A stretch of 64,000 nt of DNA, from contig CAZWPE010000002.1 in assembly GCA_964635635.1 (NCBI GenBank), positions 22,312 through 86,311 of the forward strand, in the 5' to 3' direction. Origin of the DNA: an uncultured Myxococcaceae bacterium (GTDB lineage Bacteria > Myxococcota > UBA727 > JABDBI01). The position numbers and the translations under genes are program-made. Of the stretch, positions 8,847 through 17,475 are shown in pieces (position 1 is the stretch's first letter; each line of letters starts with the position of its first letter). The notes under the pieces are model-generated. The model was not told the DNA's origin, searched no databases, and saw only the letters and a program-made list of their open reading frames with translations.

Positions 8847-10104
8847 AGCTGGCTTCTGCTGGAATTGGCCTTACAGCATAGGGAGTATAATCGAGGACTG
8901 ATTTGATTATCAATCCTGAGAGTACCCCAATCAACAGGTCCACTTTGAGTGTAATCAAAAGCGTTGTCAAGAATACAATCAATGTTGGGACTCCAAGGCT
9001 ATACATATGAGCGAACGCTTTGGGAGATGCAAGCCTGAGGCCTGTAATAATCAGCAATGCAGCGAGTGCTGATAGTGGGATCAAATGAATGACCGGTGTC
9101 AATAGTGTGACAGCTACCAATATGAATATGCCATGATAGAAATTTGAAAACCTACTTTGGGCGCCAGCATCGATGTTAGCTTTACTCCTAACAACTTCTG
9201 AGATCATGGGGAGACCGCCAATCATGCTAGAACAAAAGTTCGCGACACCGACTGCAAATAAATCTCGGTCTAAACTGGCTTTTTTATCGACAGCCATGAC
9301 CGTGAGAAGGGACTCAAGGCTTCCAATTAGAGCAAGCATGATGATGTATTTCCAAGCGATTGGATTACCTAAAGCGCTGAAGTCTGGAAGCGTAATTGAA
9401 CTTAGAAAATTTGCAGGAAGCGTGACGAGAAATTGGGGCCCAACTTCGAATCGTTGTCCCTCGAACCAATAAAAATGGTCTAGATCTAAGTGCCAGTACA
9501 TCGCCAAGGGCAAAACAAACAAAAGTGATGTGAGGGCAGGGGGGATTTTTTTAAGGATAGAGCTTGGGAGTAGCGGGTAAAACCATACTGTCATGAGCGT
9601 TACCATGCCAATGGCTAGGATTTCCGGATTACTGTTAGCGATGCTGTGTGGAACTTCGGCGAGAAGCTGAAGGGGAGTTTTGCTACTAGGCAATACGCCA
9701 AGCATAATATGGAGCTGCTTGGCGATAATAATAATGCCAATAGCAGCGAGCATACCTTCGACAACAGGGACAGGAACATATCTGGCAATTTTCCCTGCTC
9801 CCAATCTTGAGAAGATGATTTGAATCAGGGCTGCCATCACACCGACTGCTAGACATTTTTCGTAACCCAATTCTTGGACAGCACCTAGAATGATAACGAT
9901 TAAACCTGCTGCGGGGCCTTTAATTGTCAGAGGCGATCCACCCAGAATTGTTGGGATAATACCTCCAACAATTGCCGTAATCAGGCCTGCCATCGGGGGG
10001 AATCCGCTGGCCATAGCAATCCCTAGGCAAAGCGGTAGAGCAATCAAAAAAACCAAAAATCCGGAACGAAGATCTGCCATAGGATTACCTCTCCAAGGGA
10101 ACAA
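8830..10104 (-). CDS. SulP-family anion transporter without a STAS domain
   Basis: 424-aa polytopic membrane protein with the SulP signature region (LIALPLCLGIAMASG, GPAAGLIVII). Ends right after the membrane domain with no C-terminal STAS. Overlaps the dabA start by 17 nt. Confidence 0.55.
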   Translation of the reverse strand: MFPWRGNPMADLRSGFLVFLIALPLCLGIAMASGFPPMAGLITAIVGGIIPTILGGSPLTIKGPAAGLIVIILGAVQELGYEKCLAVGVMAALIQIIFSRLGAGKIARYVPVPVVEGMLAAIGIIIIAKQLHIMLGVLPSSKTPLQLLAEVPHSIANSNPEILAIGMVTLMTVWFYPLLPSSILKKIPPALTSLLFVLPLAMYWHLDLDHFYWFEGQRFEVGPQFLVTLPANFLSSITLPDFSALGNPIAWKYIIMLALIGSLESLLTVMAVDKKASLDRDLFAVGVANFCSSMIGGLPMISEVVRSKANIDAGAQSRFSNFYHGIFILVAVTLLTPVIHLIPLSALAALLIITGLRLASPKAFAHMYSLGVPTLIVFLTTLLITLKVDLLIGVLSGLIIKSVLDYTPYAVRPIPAEASYEDEA

Positions 10105-10148
10105 TCCGCCAGTGGCCTAATATTTCAATTATGATATAGTCCTCAGCT

Positions 10149-11363
10149 ATGAAAGGCATGAATGACTTATTCTCAGATGAACTACGTCTGAGACGTTATG
10201 TAATTGGTAAAGCGAGCGAAACTTTTGAGCGATTTGGATTTTCTGAAATCCAAACACCTGTTCTTGAGGAATTAAGCCTTTTTCTCCGTAGCGTGGGTGA
10301 GAGCTCTGACATTGTCACAAAAGAAATGTACGCTCTTGAAGACCGTGATGGGACAAAAATCTGCATGCGCCCAGAAGGGACTGCGGGTGTTGTTCGTGCC
10401 TTGGTTGAGCATCACAAAGTTTCAACAGACCAAGAAGCCAAAGTTTACTATGTGGGTTCTATGTTCAGACGTGAACGTCCTCAAAGAGGTCGTTTGCGTG
10501 AATTTTCCCAAATTGGTGCTGAGTTTTTAGGTGTTTCAGAGCCTACAGCAGATGTCGAAGTTCTTGCGATGCTTCATACCTGGCTGTCATCGTTGCAGCT
10601 TGGTGAACTGACGCTTTTGATTAATAGCCTCGGTCAGCCAGACGAACGGGCTGGTTATTTGCAAGCCTTGCGTGATTATTACACACCCTTAACATCGCAG
10701 CTTTGTGCTGATTGCCAACGACGTTTAACCCAAAACGTTTTAAGGTTACTTGACTGCAAAAATCCAAACTGTTCTGCATTGGCAGACAAGGCCCCAAGCA
10801 TTCTTGAGTTCCTAGGTGAGGATTCGAAACTGCACTTTGAACAAGTGAAATCTGGTCTCAAACAACTGGGTATCGAGTTTAAGGTTTCGAGTCGTTTGGT
10901 GAGAGGTTTGGATTATTACACTCGAACAGTATTTGAGTTTGTCGCGGAGTCCGGTCTTGGAGCTCAAAATACCGTTGCTGCCGGTGGTCGATATGACAAC
11001 TTGGTGGCTGAGCTAGGTGGGTCTTCAACTCCAGCGTTTGGTTTTGCAGCAGGTGTTGAGCGCTTAGTTTTGTTGCTGGAAGAAAATAGTTTTAAATTGC
11101 CAGAGTCTAGACCAGACTTCAGCCTTGTGTATGCAGACGATTTGGGTAAGTCAAAAGTGTTTGAACTTGCTCAGGCGTGGCGCTTAAAGGGCCTGTGGAT
11201 TGACTTCGAACACAAAACTAAGAGTGTTAAAGCTCAAATGCGCCGCGCTGATCGCATGCGTTGCAAAGAAGTGATCGTGATTGGGGCACGAGAAGTCGAA
11301 AGCGGCGAAGGACAAGCTAAGATGCTTGATTCTGGTGAGATTCGGGTTTGTAGAATATCCTAA
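10149..11363 (+). CDS. hisS: Histidine--tRNA ligase
   Basis: Class II aaRS motifs: MRPEGTAGVVRA, FRRERPQRGRLREFSQIG, GGGRYDNLV. 404 aa. Confidence 0.85.
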   Translation: MKGMNDLFSDELRLRRYVIGKASETFERFGFSEIQTPVLEELSLFLRSVGESSDIVTKEMYALEDRDGTKICMRPEGTAGVVRALVEHHKVSTDQEAKVYYVGSMFRRERPQRGRLREFSQIGAEFLGVSEPTADVEVLAMLHTWLSSLQLGELTLLINSLGQPDERAGYLQALRDYYTPLTSQLCADCQRRLTQNVLRLLDCKNPNCSALADKAPSILEFLGEDSKLHFEQVKSGLKQLGIEFKVSSRLVRGLDYYTRTVFEFVAESGLGAQNTVAAGGRYDNLVAELGGSSTPAFGFAAGVERLVLLLEENSFKLPESRPDFSLVYADDLGKSKVFELAQAWRLKGLWIDFEHKTKSVKAQMRRADRMRCKEVIVIGAREVESGEGQAKMLDSGEIRVCRIS

Positions 11364-12582
11364 CAAGGAACCCGCTAACGACAAACAAGCTAGCGGTTGC
11401 CAAGGTTGTGAGGGTGGTCTCTGACAGAATCCACCCACAAAATGCAAGTGCGACAAGGCTAATCCATGCTCTTTGCATCTTAAACAATGCCAAGCAACAA
11501 ATTGCATAGACGAATAAAAATGCAGTGACTGAAAAATCAATAATCATTGTAATCTGCGCTGCAAGATTGCTGTGAGTTGTTAAGATTAGCAGCGGCGCAG
11601 TGCCGAAAGCGCTGATGAGAAGTGCAATATAGGGGGCTTCGTGTTTATTGGTTTTACCAAAAAATTTTGGTAGCAATTTATCACCGGCTAGGCCGAGTGC
11701 AATTTGACCACTTGAAAGTATCCATGCGTTCAGGGTTCCTAAACACAATATGGAAGCAATGAGTGAAATCAAAAGATACCAGTTCCCGCCAAATAGATGC
11801 TGCGTCATATCTGCGTAAGGTGCTTTCGACTGAGCTAAACTGGTTCCAGGGAGTGCCCCTAAGATGCCAATGCTGTTGAATATGTAAATTGCAGCAACAG
11901 TGAGTGTTCCTAGAACGATTGCTCTAGGAATGGTTTTAGATGGGTTTTCGATAGAACCTGCTGGGGTGGTGGCAGTTTCTAGGCCGATAAACCCCCATAG
12001 AGTCAATAACACCACATGTCCTAATATGTTACCCATTGGCATATTTGAGGCCTCGTAAGACATCGAGATGTTATCAGCGTTAAAGTAAGCTAATGCTAAT
12101 GCAGGCAAAATGATGAGGGGAATAAACTTGAGAACAGTCAGAACAAATTCTGTCATTCCAGAAGCATAAACTCCCAGACAGTTGAGAGCAGTCAGACCAA
12201 ACAACAAGGCGAGTTGTAGGAATAGAGTTGTTTCAGGTGAAAACGGTCCAAACAGTGGATCTAAATAGCCCACACTGGCAACTACTACTGCTGTGGTACT
12301 AATCCAGGAGACGACCCAATAGGTCCAACCTGTAAAGAATCCGACAGTCGGTCCAAAGGCTTCAAGTGCATAGACATGAGGGCCGCCGGTCTTGGGCAGT
12401 AAGCCACAAAGACGTGCAAACACTATAGCGAGTGCAATGGCACCGAAACTGGAAATTATCCAACCAGCTAGACCATACATTCCAAACGGAGCCAAGGGTG
12501 CTGGCAGCATAAAAATGCCTGACCCAATCTGAGCGCTGATAACAATTGCAAATACAGACCAAAAGCCTAGTTTGTGAGACAT
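11317..12582 (-). CDS. APC-family amino acid permease
   Basis: 421 aa, 12 predicted TM helices. N-terminus FWSVFAIVISAQIGSGIFMLPA is typical of the APC superfamily. Its 3' end overlaps hisS by 47 nt (convergent). Confidence 0.7.
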   Translation of the reverse strand: MSHKLGFWSVFAIVISAQIGSGIFMLPAPLAPFGMYGLAGWIISSFGAIALAIVFARLCGLLPKTGGPHVYALEAFGPTVGFFTGWTYWVVSWISTTAVVVASVGYLDPLFGPFSPETTLFLQLALLFGLTALNCLGVYASGMTEFVLTVLKFIPLIILPALALAYFNADNISMSYEASNMPMGNILGHVVLLTLWGFIGLETATTPAGSIENPSKTIPRAIVLGTLTVAAIYIFNSIGILGALPGTSLAQSKAPYADMTQHLFGGNWYLLISLIASILCLGTLNAWILSSGQIALGLAGDKLLPKFFGKTNKHEAPYIALLISAFGTAPLLILTTHSNLAAQITMIIDFSVTAFLFVYAICCLALFKMQRAWISLVALAFCGWILSETTLTTLATASLFVVSGFLVRIFYKPESHQNQAS

Positions 12583-12635
12583 CAGGCGTGGTTAATCACG
12601 CTTTTGCCTTGTCTACCAGGGGGTGATTTAGGTGA

Positions 12636-12944
12636 TTACTGAGTATCGGGTTCAGCATCGGCATCAATCCATTCACCAGAAGAGCTTTGGCTAATTGATG
12701 GCTTATTGGATTCTTGCGAGCAACCAGAGGTCTCAGCCTTCGTGCTATGTTCTTGCCAGATTCGCCAAATTGATAGTGCAGCGATGGCGCCAAAAATCCA
12801 AACAGTTGGATTTGCCCAAATTGCAGTGCCTCCTGAGGATTGAACTTGAGCCGATTTTGCGGATACCGGGACTTTTCCAGATGAGGCGGCAAGGGTTGAA
12901 ATTGAAATGAAAGAGATGAACACAAAATAGGCAGTTACTTTCAT
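12636..12944 (-). CDS. Small secreted/membrane hypothetical protein
   Basis: Signal-like N-terminus plus one further hydrophobic helix. Preferred over the overlapping 12596..12925 ORF, which has no such features. Confidence 0.3.
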   Translation of the reverse strand: MKVTAYFVFISFISISTLAASSGKVPVSAKSAQVQSSGGTAIWANPTVWIFGAIAALSIWRIWQEHSTKAETSGCSQESNKPSISQSSSGEWIDADAEPDTQ

Positions 12945-12975
12945 GGTACTTGCCTATAGTAGCATCGAAGTTGAA

Positions 12976-14358
12976 TCAAGACTCCCTGGTGACAGATTGA
13001 CCACCCAGTGTGTCTTTGACAATTTTAAGAAGCGCTTTAGGCATAAATGGCTTTTGGATGAATGAAGCGTTTTCTTGCAAAAGTCCTTTCCCAAATGCTG
13101 CATCGCTGTTGTAGCCAGACATGAATACAACACCGATTTTAGGGAATTTCGAAGATAGCTTTTTGATAAATTCGGGCCCATTCATTTTTGGCATGACAAG
13201 GTCTGTCAGTACAAGGTCAATGTTTGGGGATTGCTCACAGAGCTCTAAAGCGCTCAGTGCGTTTGTTGCTTCAATAACATTATAGCCATCGCTTCGAATA
13301 ATATCGCAGGTCACCTGTCGGACGATTTCTTCGTCCTCAACGACAAGAACTGTTTGAGAACTTGTTCCAAGAGAGGTGACTTTTTCCGGCTCTGTTAAAG
13401 CCGGTTGTTCATCTGTTGGGAACGAGATGGTGAACTTGGTGCCGGAACCGGGCTTGCTTTCAACTTGAATATCTCCTTTGAGAGCTTTGATGATTCCTGA
13501 AATTGCAGGAAATCTCATGTCATTTTTCTCGCCAGGCGTGAATAGTTGACTTAAAGTTTCTTTGTCAAATCCTCGGCCCGTATCTTCAATCACCAATGAA
13601 ACATGGCCGTTATTTTGTTTTGTGGAGATACTGAGTGTTCCGGAATTTGTGATGGATTCCCTCGCTGATTCAGCCAAAGTCATTACAACGTGTAACAACT
13701 GATAAGGGTCAGCGTGGACAAGGCCTAACTTATTGGCAAGTGTAACTTTCAGTTCAATATCTTCGCCCAATACACGCTCTAACATATGAAGTGCGCTGTT
13801 TAAAAGCATGTTGAGTTGAATGGGTTGTTCTTTAAATGTCTGTGACCGACTGTAGGTCAGTAACTGGCTGGTGAGTGAAACCGCACGTTGTGTGCAATTC
13901 GCAATAGCGTCTATTTTTTTCTTCGCTGCTGGAACTCCTTTAAGATCGTCTTCCAACAACTCGGTATAGTTCATGGTGACTGTGAGAAGATTGTTAAAAT
14001 CATGTGCAATCCCGCCCACGAGTCGTCCCAATGAGAGTGCGCCTTGGCTCTGAGCGCGCTGAATCTCAAGAATCTTTCGCTCTGTGACATCCAATGCGAA
14101 TCCTGCAACGCCATTCTCTAAAGGCTTAAGCATAACTTCGTATGAAAACCCTTCCCAATCCATTGAAAAAGACACAGCCGCTCCATCCAGCGTTTGTTTC
14201 GCAGCTTGTATGAGTGTTGGTGAGTCCCACAATGGTTTTGTAGAGTTCTTAAGGGCTCCTCCAGCAGAGCGCATAACCTGTAGTGACTTGTCCATCATCC
14301 AGGTGCAAATGGGTAATTCAGGGATAAAGAGCTCAATTGCAGAATCCAGAGTACTCAT
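12976..14358 (-). CDS. Hybrid sensor histidine kinase / response regulator
   Basis: HisKA H-box [10 protein letters not shown]. HATPase N/G boxes (DTGRGF, GSGTKF). C-terminal REC domain (VLVVEDEE ... [14 protein letters not shown]). N-terminal PAS-like region. Confidence 0.8.
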   Translation of the reverse strand: MSTLDSAIELFIPELPICTWMMDKSLQVMRSAGGALKNSTKPLWDSPTLIQAAKQTLDGAAVSFSMDWEGFSYEVMLKPLENGVAGFALDVTERKILEIQRAQSQGALSLGRLVGGIAHDFNNLLTVTMNYTELLEDDLKGVPAAKKKIDAIANCTQRAVSLTSQLLTYSRSQTFKEQPIQLNMLLNSALHMLERVLGEDIELKVTLANKLGLVHADPYQLLHVVMTLAESARESITNSGTLSISTKQNNGHVSLVIEDTGRGFDKETLSQLFTPGEKNDMRFPAISGIIKALKGDIQVESKPGSGTKFTISFPTDEQPALTEPEKVTSLGTSSQTVLVVEDEEIVRQVTCDIIRSDGYNVIEATNALSALELCEQSPNIDLVLTDLVMPKMNGPEFIKKLSSKFPKIGVVFMSGYNSDAAFGKGLLQENASFIQKPFMPKALLKIVKDTLGGQSVTRES

Positions 14359-14400
14359 AGGTGTTTTACAATATCACGGGTTCTTGATATTGAGCCAATC

Positions 14401-15528
14401 ATGACCGAAACTTCTTTCTTGTTTACGAGCGAGTCTGTTACTGAAGGCCACCCGGATAAAATGGCGGATCAGGTATCTGATGCTATCTTGGATGCGATGA
14501 TTGCCCAGGACAAGCATTCGCGTTGTGCAGTTGAAACTTTGTTCAAGACAGGGGTTTGCATCGTGGCGGGTGAAGTTCGAACCAAGGCATGGGTGGATGT
14601 CCCAGCCGTTGTTCGAAGAACAATTACCAAGATTGGTTACACCTCTTCAGACGCAGGATTTGATGGACATAGCTGTGGGGTTCTGGTGGCGATTGAAGGC
14701 CAGTCTCCTGACATCGCCATGGGAGTAGATGCTGACTCTGAGAAAGAGCAGGGCGCTGGTGACCAGGGCATGATGTTTGGATATGCTTGCAATGAGACAC
14801 CAGAACTGATGCCGATGCCAATCGCGTTGTCTCACCGATTGACCCATCGCTTAGCACAGGTTCGTCATGAAGGTATTTTGAATTTCTTGCGTCCAGATGG
14901 TAAAGCCCAAGTGACCATCAAATATGAAAATGACACTCCGGTTGGTGTGGATACTGTGGTTTTATCGAGTCAGCATACCCCAGACGTTTCGACCACCCAG
15001 CTGCGAGAAGCGCTTGTTGAGGAAGTGATTAAAAAAGTTATTCCTCCAGAACTTAGACTGCCGGGTATTAAATTTCATGTAAACCCAACAGGCAGGTTTC
15101 TCATCGGTGGTCCAATGGGCGATACAGGCGTGACTGGTCGAAAAATTATTGTAGATACCTATGGTGGAATGGGACGCCATGGCGGTGGTGCATTCTCGGG
15201 TAAAGATCCTTCTAAAGTAGATCGCTCTGCCGCTTACATGGCTCGTTATATTGCAAAATCTCTTGTTGCGCGTGGACTTGCCAAGAAGTGTGAAGTTCAA
15301 ATCGCTTATGCAATAGGTGTGGCAGAACCTGTGAGTGTGATGGTGGATAGCTTTGGCACAGGCAAGGTGTCAGATGTCCAGCTTTCGAAGCAGGTGATTG
15401 CAGAGTTCCCACTAACGCCTGCAGGCCTGATTAAGCATCTGGATTTGTTAAGGCCTATCTATGAGCAGACAGCTTCTTATGGTCACTTTGGGCGTTCAGA
15501 GCCTGATTTCACCTGGGAGCGGGTATGA
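14401..15528 (+). CDS. metK: S-adenosylmethionine synthetase
   Basis: [25 protein letters not shown] and [19 protein letters not shown] motifs. 375 aa. Confidence 0.9.
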   Translation: MTETSFLFTSESVTEGHPDKMADQVSDAILDAMIAQDKHSRCAVETLFKTGVCIVAGEVRTKAWVDVPAVVRRTITKIGYTSSDAGFDGHSCGVLVAIEGQSPDIAMGVDADSEKEQGAGDQGMMFGYACNETPELMPMPIALSHRLTHRLAQVRHEGILNFLRPDGKAQVTIKYENDTPVGVDTVVLSSQHTPDVSTTQLREALVEEVIKKVIPPELRLPGIKFHVNPTGRFLIGGPMGDTGVTGRKIIVDTYGGMGRHGGGAFSGKDPSKVDRSAAYMARYIAKSLVARGLAKKCEVQIAYAIGVAEPVSVMVDSFGTGKVSDVQLSKQVIAEFPLTPAGLIKHLDLLRPIYEQTASYGHFGRSEPDFTWERV

Positions 15529-16310
15529 AGTTACTCACGGCGCTCTTGTTTTCCTGGCAAGTATTTGCCTGGAATGCTGTAGGCCATAAAATAGTCGCTT
15601 TGATTGCCTTAGATCAGTTTACGGATGTTGAGCGCAAAAAAATCAGCTCCAAGATGGGCGATTGGGTCGCAATGTCTTCAGAACCTGATGAGTATCGTGA
15701 TATTTCTAATGCTTTGTCTGGTTGGCACTATATTGACTACCCTTGGGTTGTTGAACCTGTTGTAAAACCGATCAACCTTGTTGAAAAAAATAACAATATC
15801 GTTTGGGCTTTGGGTGAGTCTAGAAGGGCACTCGCCAGAAAAAATAAACCTCGTCAAGAAGCCATTGTCCAGGTTTTTAGGGCGAATCTGGTTCATTTGA
15901 TTGGAGATATCCATCAGCCCTTGCATTGCATTTCCAGGGTGACGGAAAGTCATCCAAAGGGTGATATGGGGGGAAATAAATTCGATGTCAAGATTGGCGA
16001 TAAAACAGAAACTCTTCATCATTTTTGGGATGGTGGTCTAGGGATGCTGGAGGGATTAAACGCAGATAAAACTGAAGAGCTTTCTAAACGAATTCAGAAA
16101 GAATATCCCAAAAATAAACTTAAACTCGATGGTAGTTTTGAAGACTGGTCAAAAGAAAGTTATTTTGCAGCTCAAAAATATGTCTACAGTATCCTTGAGA
16201 ATACGTTGGTTTCAAAAGACTATGTCGACCAGGGTCAGAAAATTGTTAAAGAGCGCCTTGCACTGGCGGGTTATAGGTTGTCCGTTGAACTCAGAAATCT
16301 CTTTCTTTGA
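15525..16310 (+). CDS. S1/P1-family zinc nuclease, secreted
   Basis: Signal peptide. Mature N-terminus WNAVGH is the hallmark Trp-x-x-x-Gly-His of S1/P1 nucleases. GDIHQPLH metal-binding motif. Confidence 0.7.
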   Translation: MKLLTALLFSWQVFAWNAVGHKIVALIALDQFTDVERKKISSKMGDWVAMSSEPDEYRDISNALSGWHYIDYPWVVEPVVKPINLVEKNNNIVWALGESRRALARKNKPRQEAIVQVFRANLVHLIGDIHQPLHCISRVTESHPKGDMGGNKFDVKIGDKTETLHHFWDGGLGMLEGLNADKTEELSKRIQKEYPKNKLKLDGSFEDWSKESYFAAQKYVYSILENTLVSKDYVDQGQKIVKERLALAGYRLSVELRNLFL

Positions 16311-16707
16311 TAATTTTGGCTTCAAAATCACCCGTGCCAGGGAGGTGATTATTGAGGCTTTGTTGGAACAAAAGTCACATGTGAGTGCAGAGGCTTTGCT
16401 GGAGACTGTTCGTAAGACCGAACCTAAGATAGGTCTAGCGACGATTTATCGAACTTTGAAAATGCTTCAAGATCAAGGTCTGGTTAAAGCACACTATTTT
16501 TCAGACTCTCAAGCGTTATTCGAGATTGAGATGGATCCAGATAATCATCATGATCATCTTATCTGTGAACAGTGCCGCCATATTGAAGAATTTACGCATC
16601 CTCAGATTGAGGCGTTGCAAGAAGTGATTGCTGGCCAGCATGGTTTTAGACTCACAAAGCATCGAATGGAGCTTTATGGAATCTGTAAGTCGTGTCAGGT
16701 GTTCTAA
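16285..16707 (+). CDS. Fur-family metalloregulator (Fur/Zur/PerR-like); start inferred at a TTG
   Basis: Winged-helix region ITRAREVIIEALL ... LATIYRTLKMLQDQGLV. HHDHLICEQC and CKSC metal-site motifs. The ORF-track start 16129 would overlap the nuclease by 180 nt. TTG at 16285 gives a ~140-aa product. Confidence 0.55.
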   Translation: MNSEISFFDNFGFKITRAREVIIEALLEQKSHVSAEALLETVRKTEPKIGLATIYRTLKMLQDQGLVKAHYFSDSQALFEIEMDPDNHHDHLICEQCRHIEEFTHPQIEALQEVIAGQHGFRLTKHRMELYGICKSCQVF

Positions 16708-16711
16708 TTGC

Positions 16712-16912
16712 ATGAAAATTTTAATTTTGAGCGCTGTGTTCTCTTTGAGTGCGCTAAGTGGGCCTAAACCAAAAACAGAGAAACTGGTTTTGCCTCCTGG
16801 GCCGGTAAAGGCTGCCCTCAAAAAGAACTACAAACTTCAGCTAGCCAGAAACTTTGCTGAAGAGGCCGAAAAAGAGATTCAACTCAAGTATATCAAGAAG
16901 CAAGGCTTATAA
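16712..16912 (+). CDS. Small secreted hypothetical protein
   Basis: MKILILSAVFSLSALSG signal-like N-terminus. Internal start chosen within the 16628..16912 ORF. Confidence 0.25.
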   Translation: MKILILSAVFSLSALSGPKPKTEKLVLPPGPVKAALKKNYKLQLARNFAEEAEKEIQLKYIKKQGL

Positions 16913-17441
16913 ACGCGACCCAAGTTCCGCCGTAAGTTTTCTCCCGGATGATTTCGAATCCTGCTGGGAGTGAAAAGTCTGATTGCTTGCCACACCTGAA
17001 GACAATAACAGCTTCCGTAGCCATATGTTTTTGAAGCTTTTGCCAGAATGTATCATCTAGTTTGAGTTTATAGGGTGGGTCCACAAAAATAATATCGAAA
17101 GTACCAGAAGGAGGCTGTGTGGCGTCTCCTTCGCGAACTGAGCACTTGTTTTCAAGTTTCAGCTTCGCAATGTTGCGTTTAATACAAGCTGCCGTGCTAC
17201 GGCTTTTTTCTACGCAGATGGCTGATTGAGCACCACGGGAAAGGCTTTCAAAACTAGACGCTCCACTGCCGGCAAAAAGATCTAAGACATGCGCGTCTAA
17301 AATGCGGTGTCCAAGGGCAGAGAAGATGGCTTCTCGTACTCGGTCGCTGGTTGGTCGGACCAAATGTTGATCCGCTTCTTCTGGGACTTCAAAACGTTGG
17401 CGAACGAGTTCGCCACCAGTGATGCGTAGGGTGCCGGGCAT
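16893..17441 (-). CDS. rsmD: 16S rRNA (guanine966-N2)-methyltransferase RsmD
   Basis: LDLFAGSGA SAM-binding motif and DPPY motif (IFVDPPY). 182 aa. Confidence 0.75.
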   Translation of the reverse strand: MPGTLRITGGELVRQRFEVPEEADQHLVRPTSDRVREAIFSALGHRILDAHVLDLFAGSGASSFESLSRGAQSAICVEKSRSTAACIKRNIAKLKLENKCSVREGDATQPPSGTFDIIFVDPPYKLKLDDTFWQKLQKHMATEAVIVFRCGKQSDFSLPAGFEIIREKTYGGTWVAFISLAS

Positions 17442-17475
17442 AGGTTGATGACCGTATCGCTTTGAAATTTAAAGA

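Noticed and set aside
12596-12925. 109-aa minus-strand ORF overlapping the 12636..12944 ORF
   Set aside because: No signal peptide or TM, and an unusual composition. The overlapping frame encodes a plausible signal-peptide protein, so this one is treated as the shadow; both are low confidence.
16129-16284. Upstream extension of the Fur-family ORF to the first ATG (would give 192 aa and a 180-nt overlap with the nuclease gene)
   Set aside because: Fur-family proteins are ~140 aa. The extension has no homology character and lies within a well-supported gene. A TTG at 16285 with an upstream AGG gives a product of the expected size.
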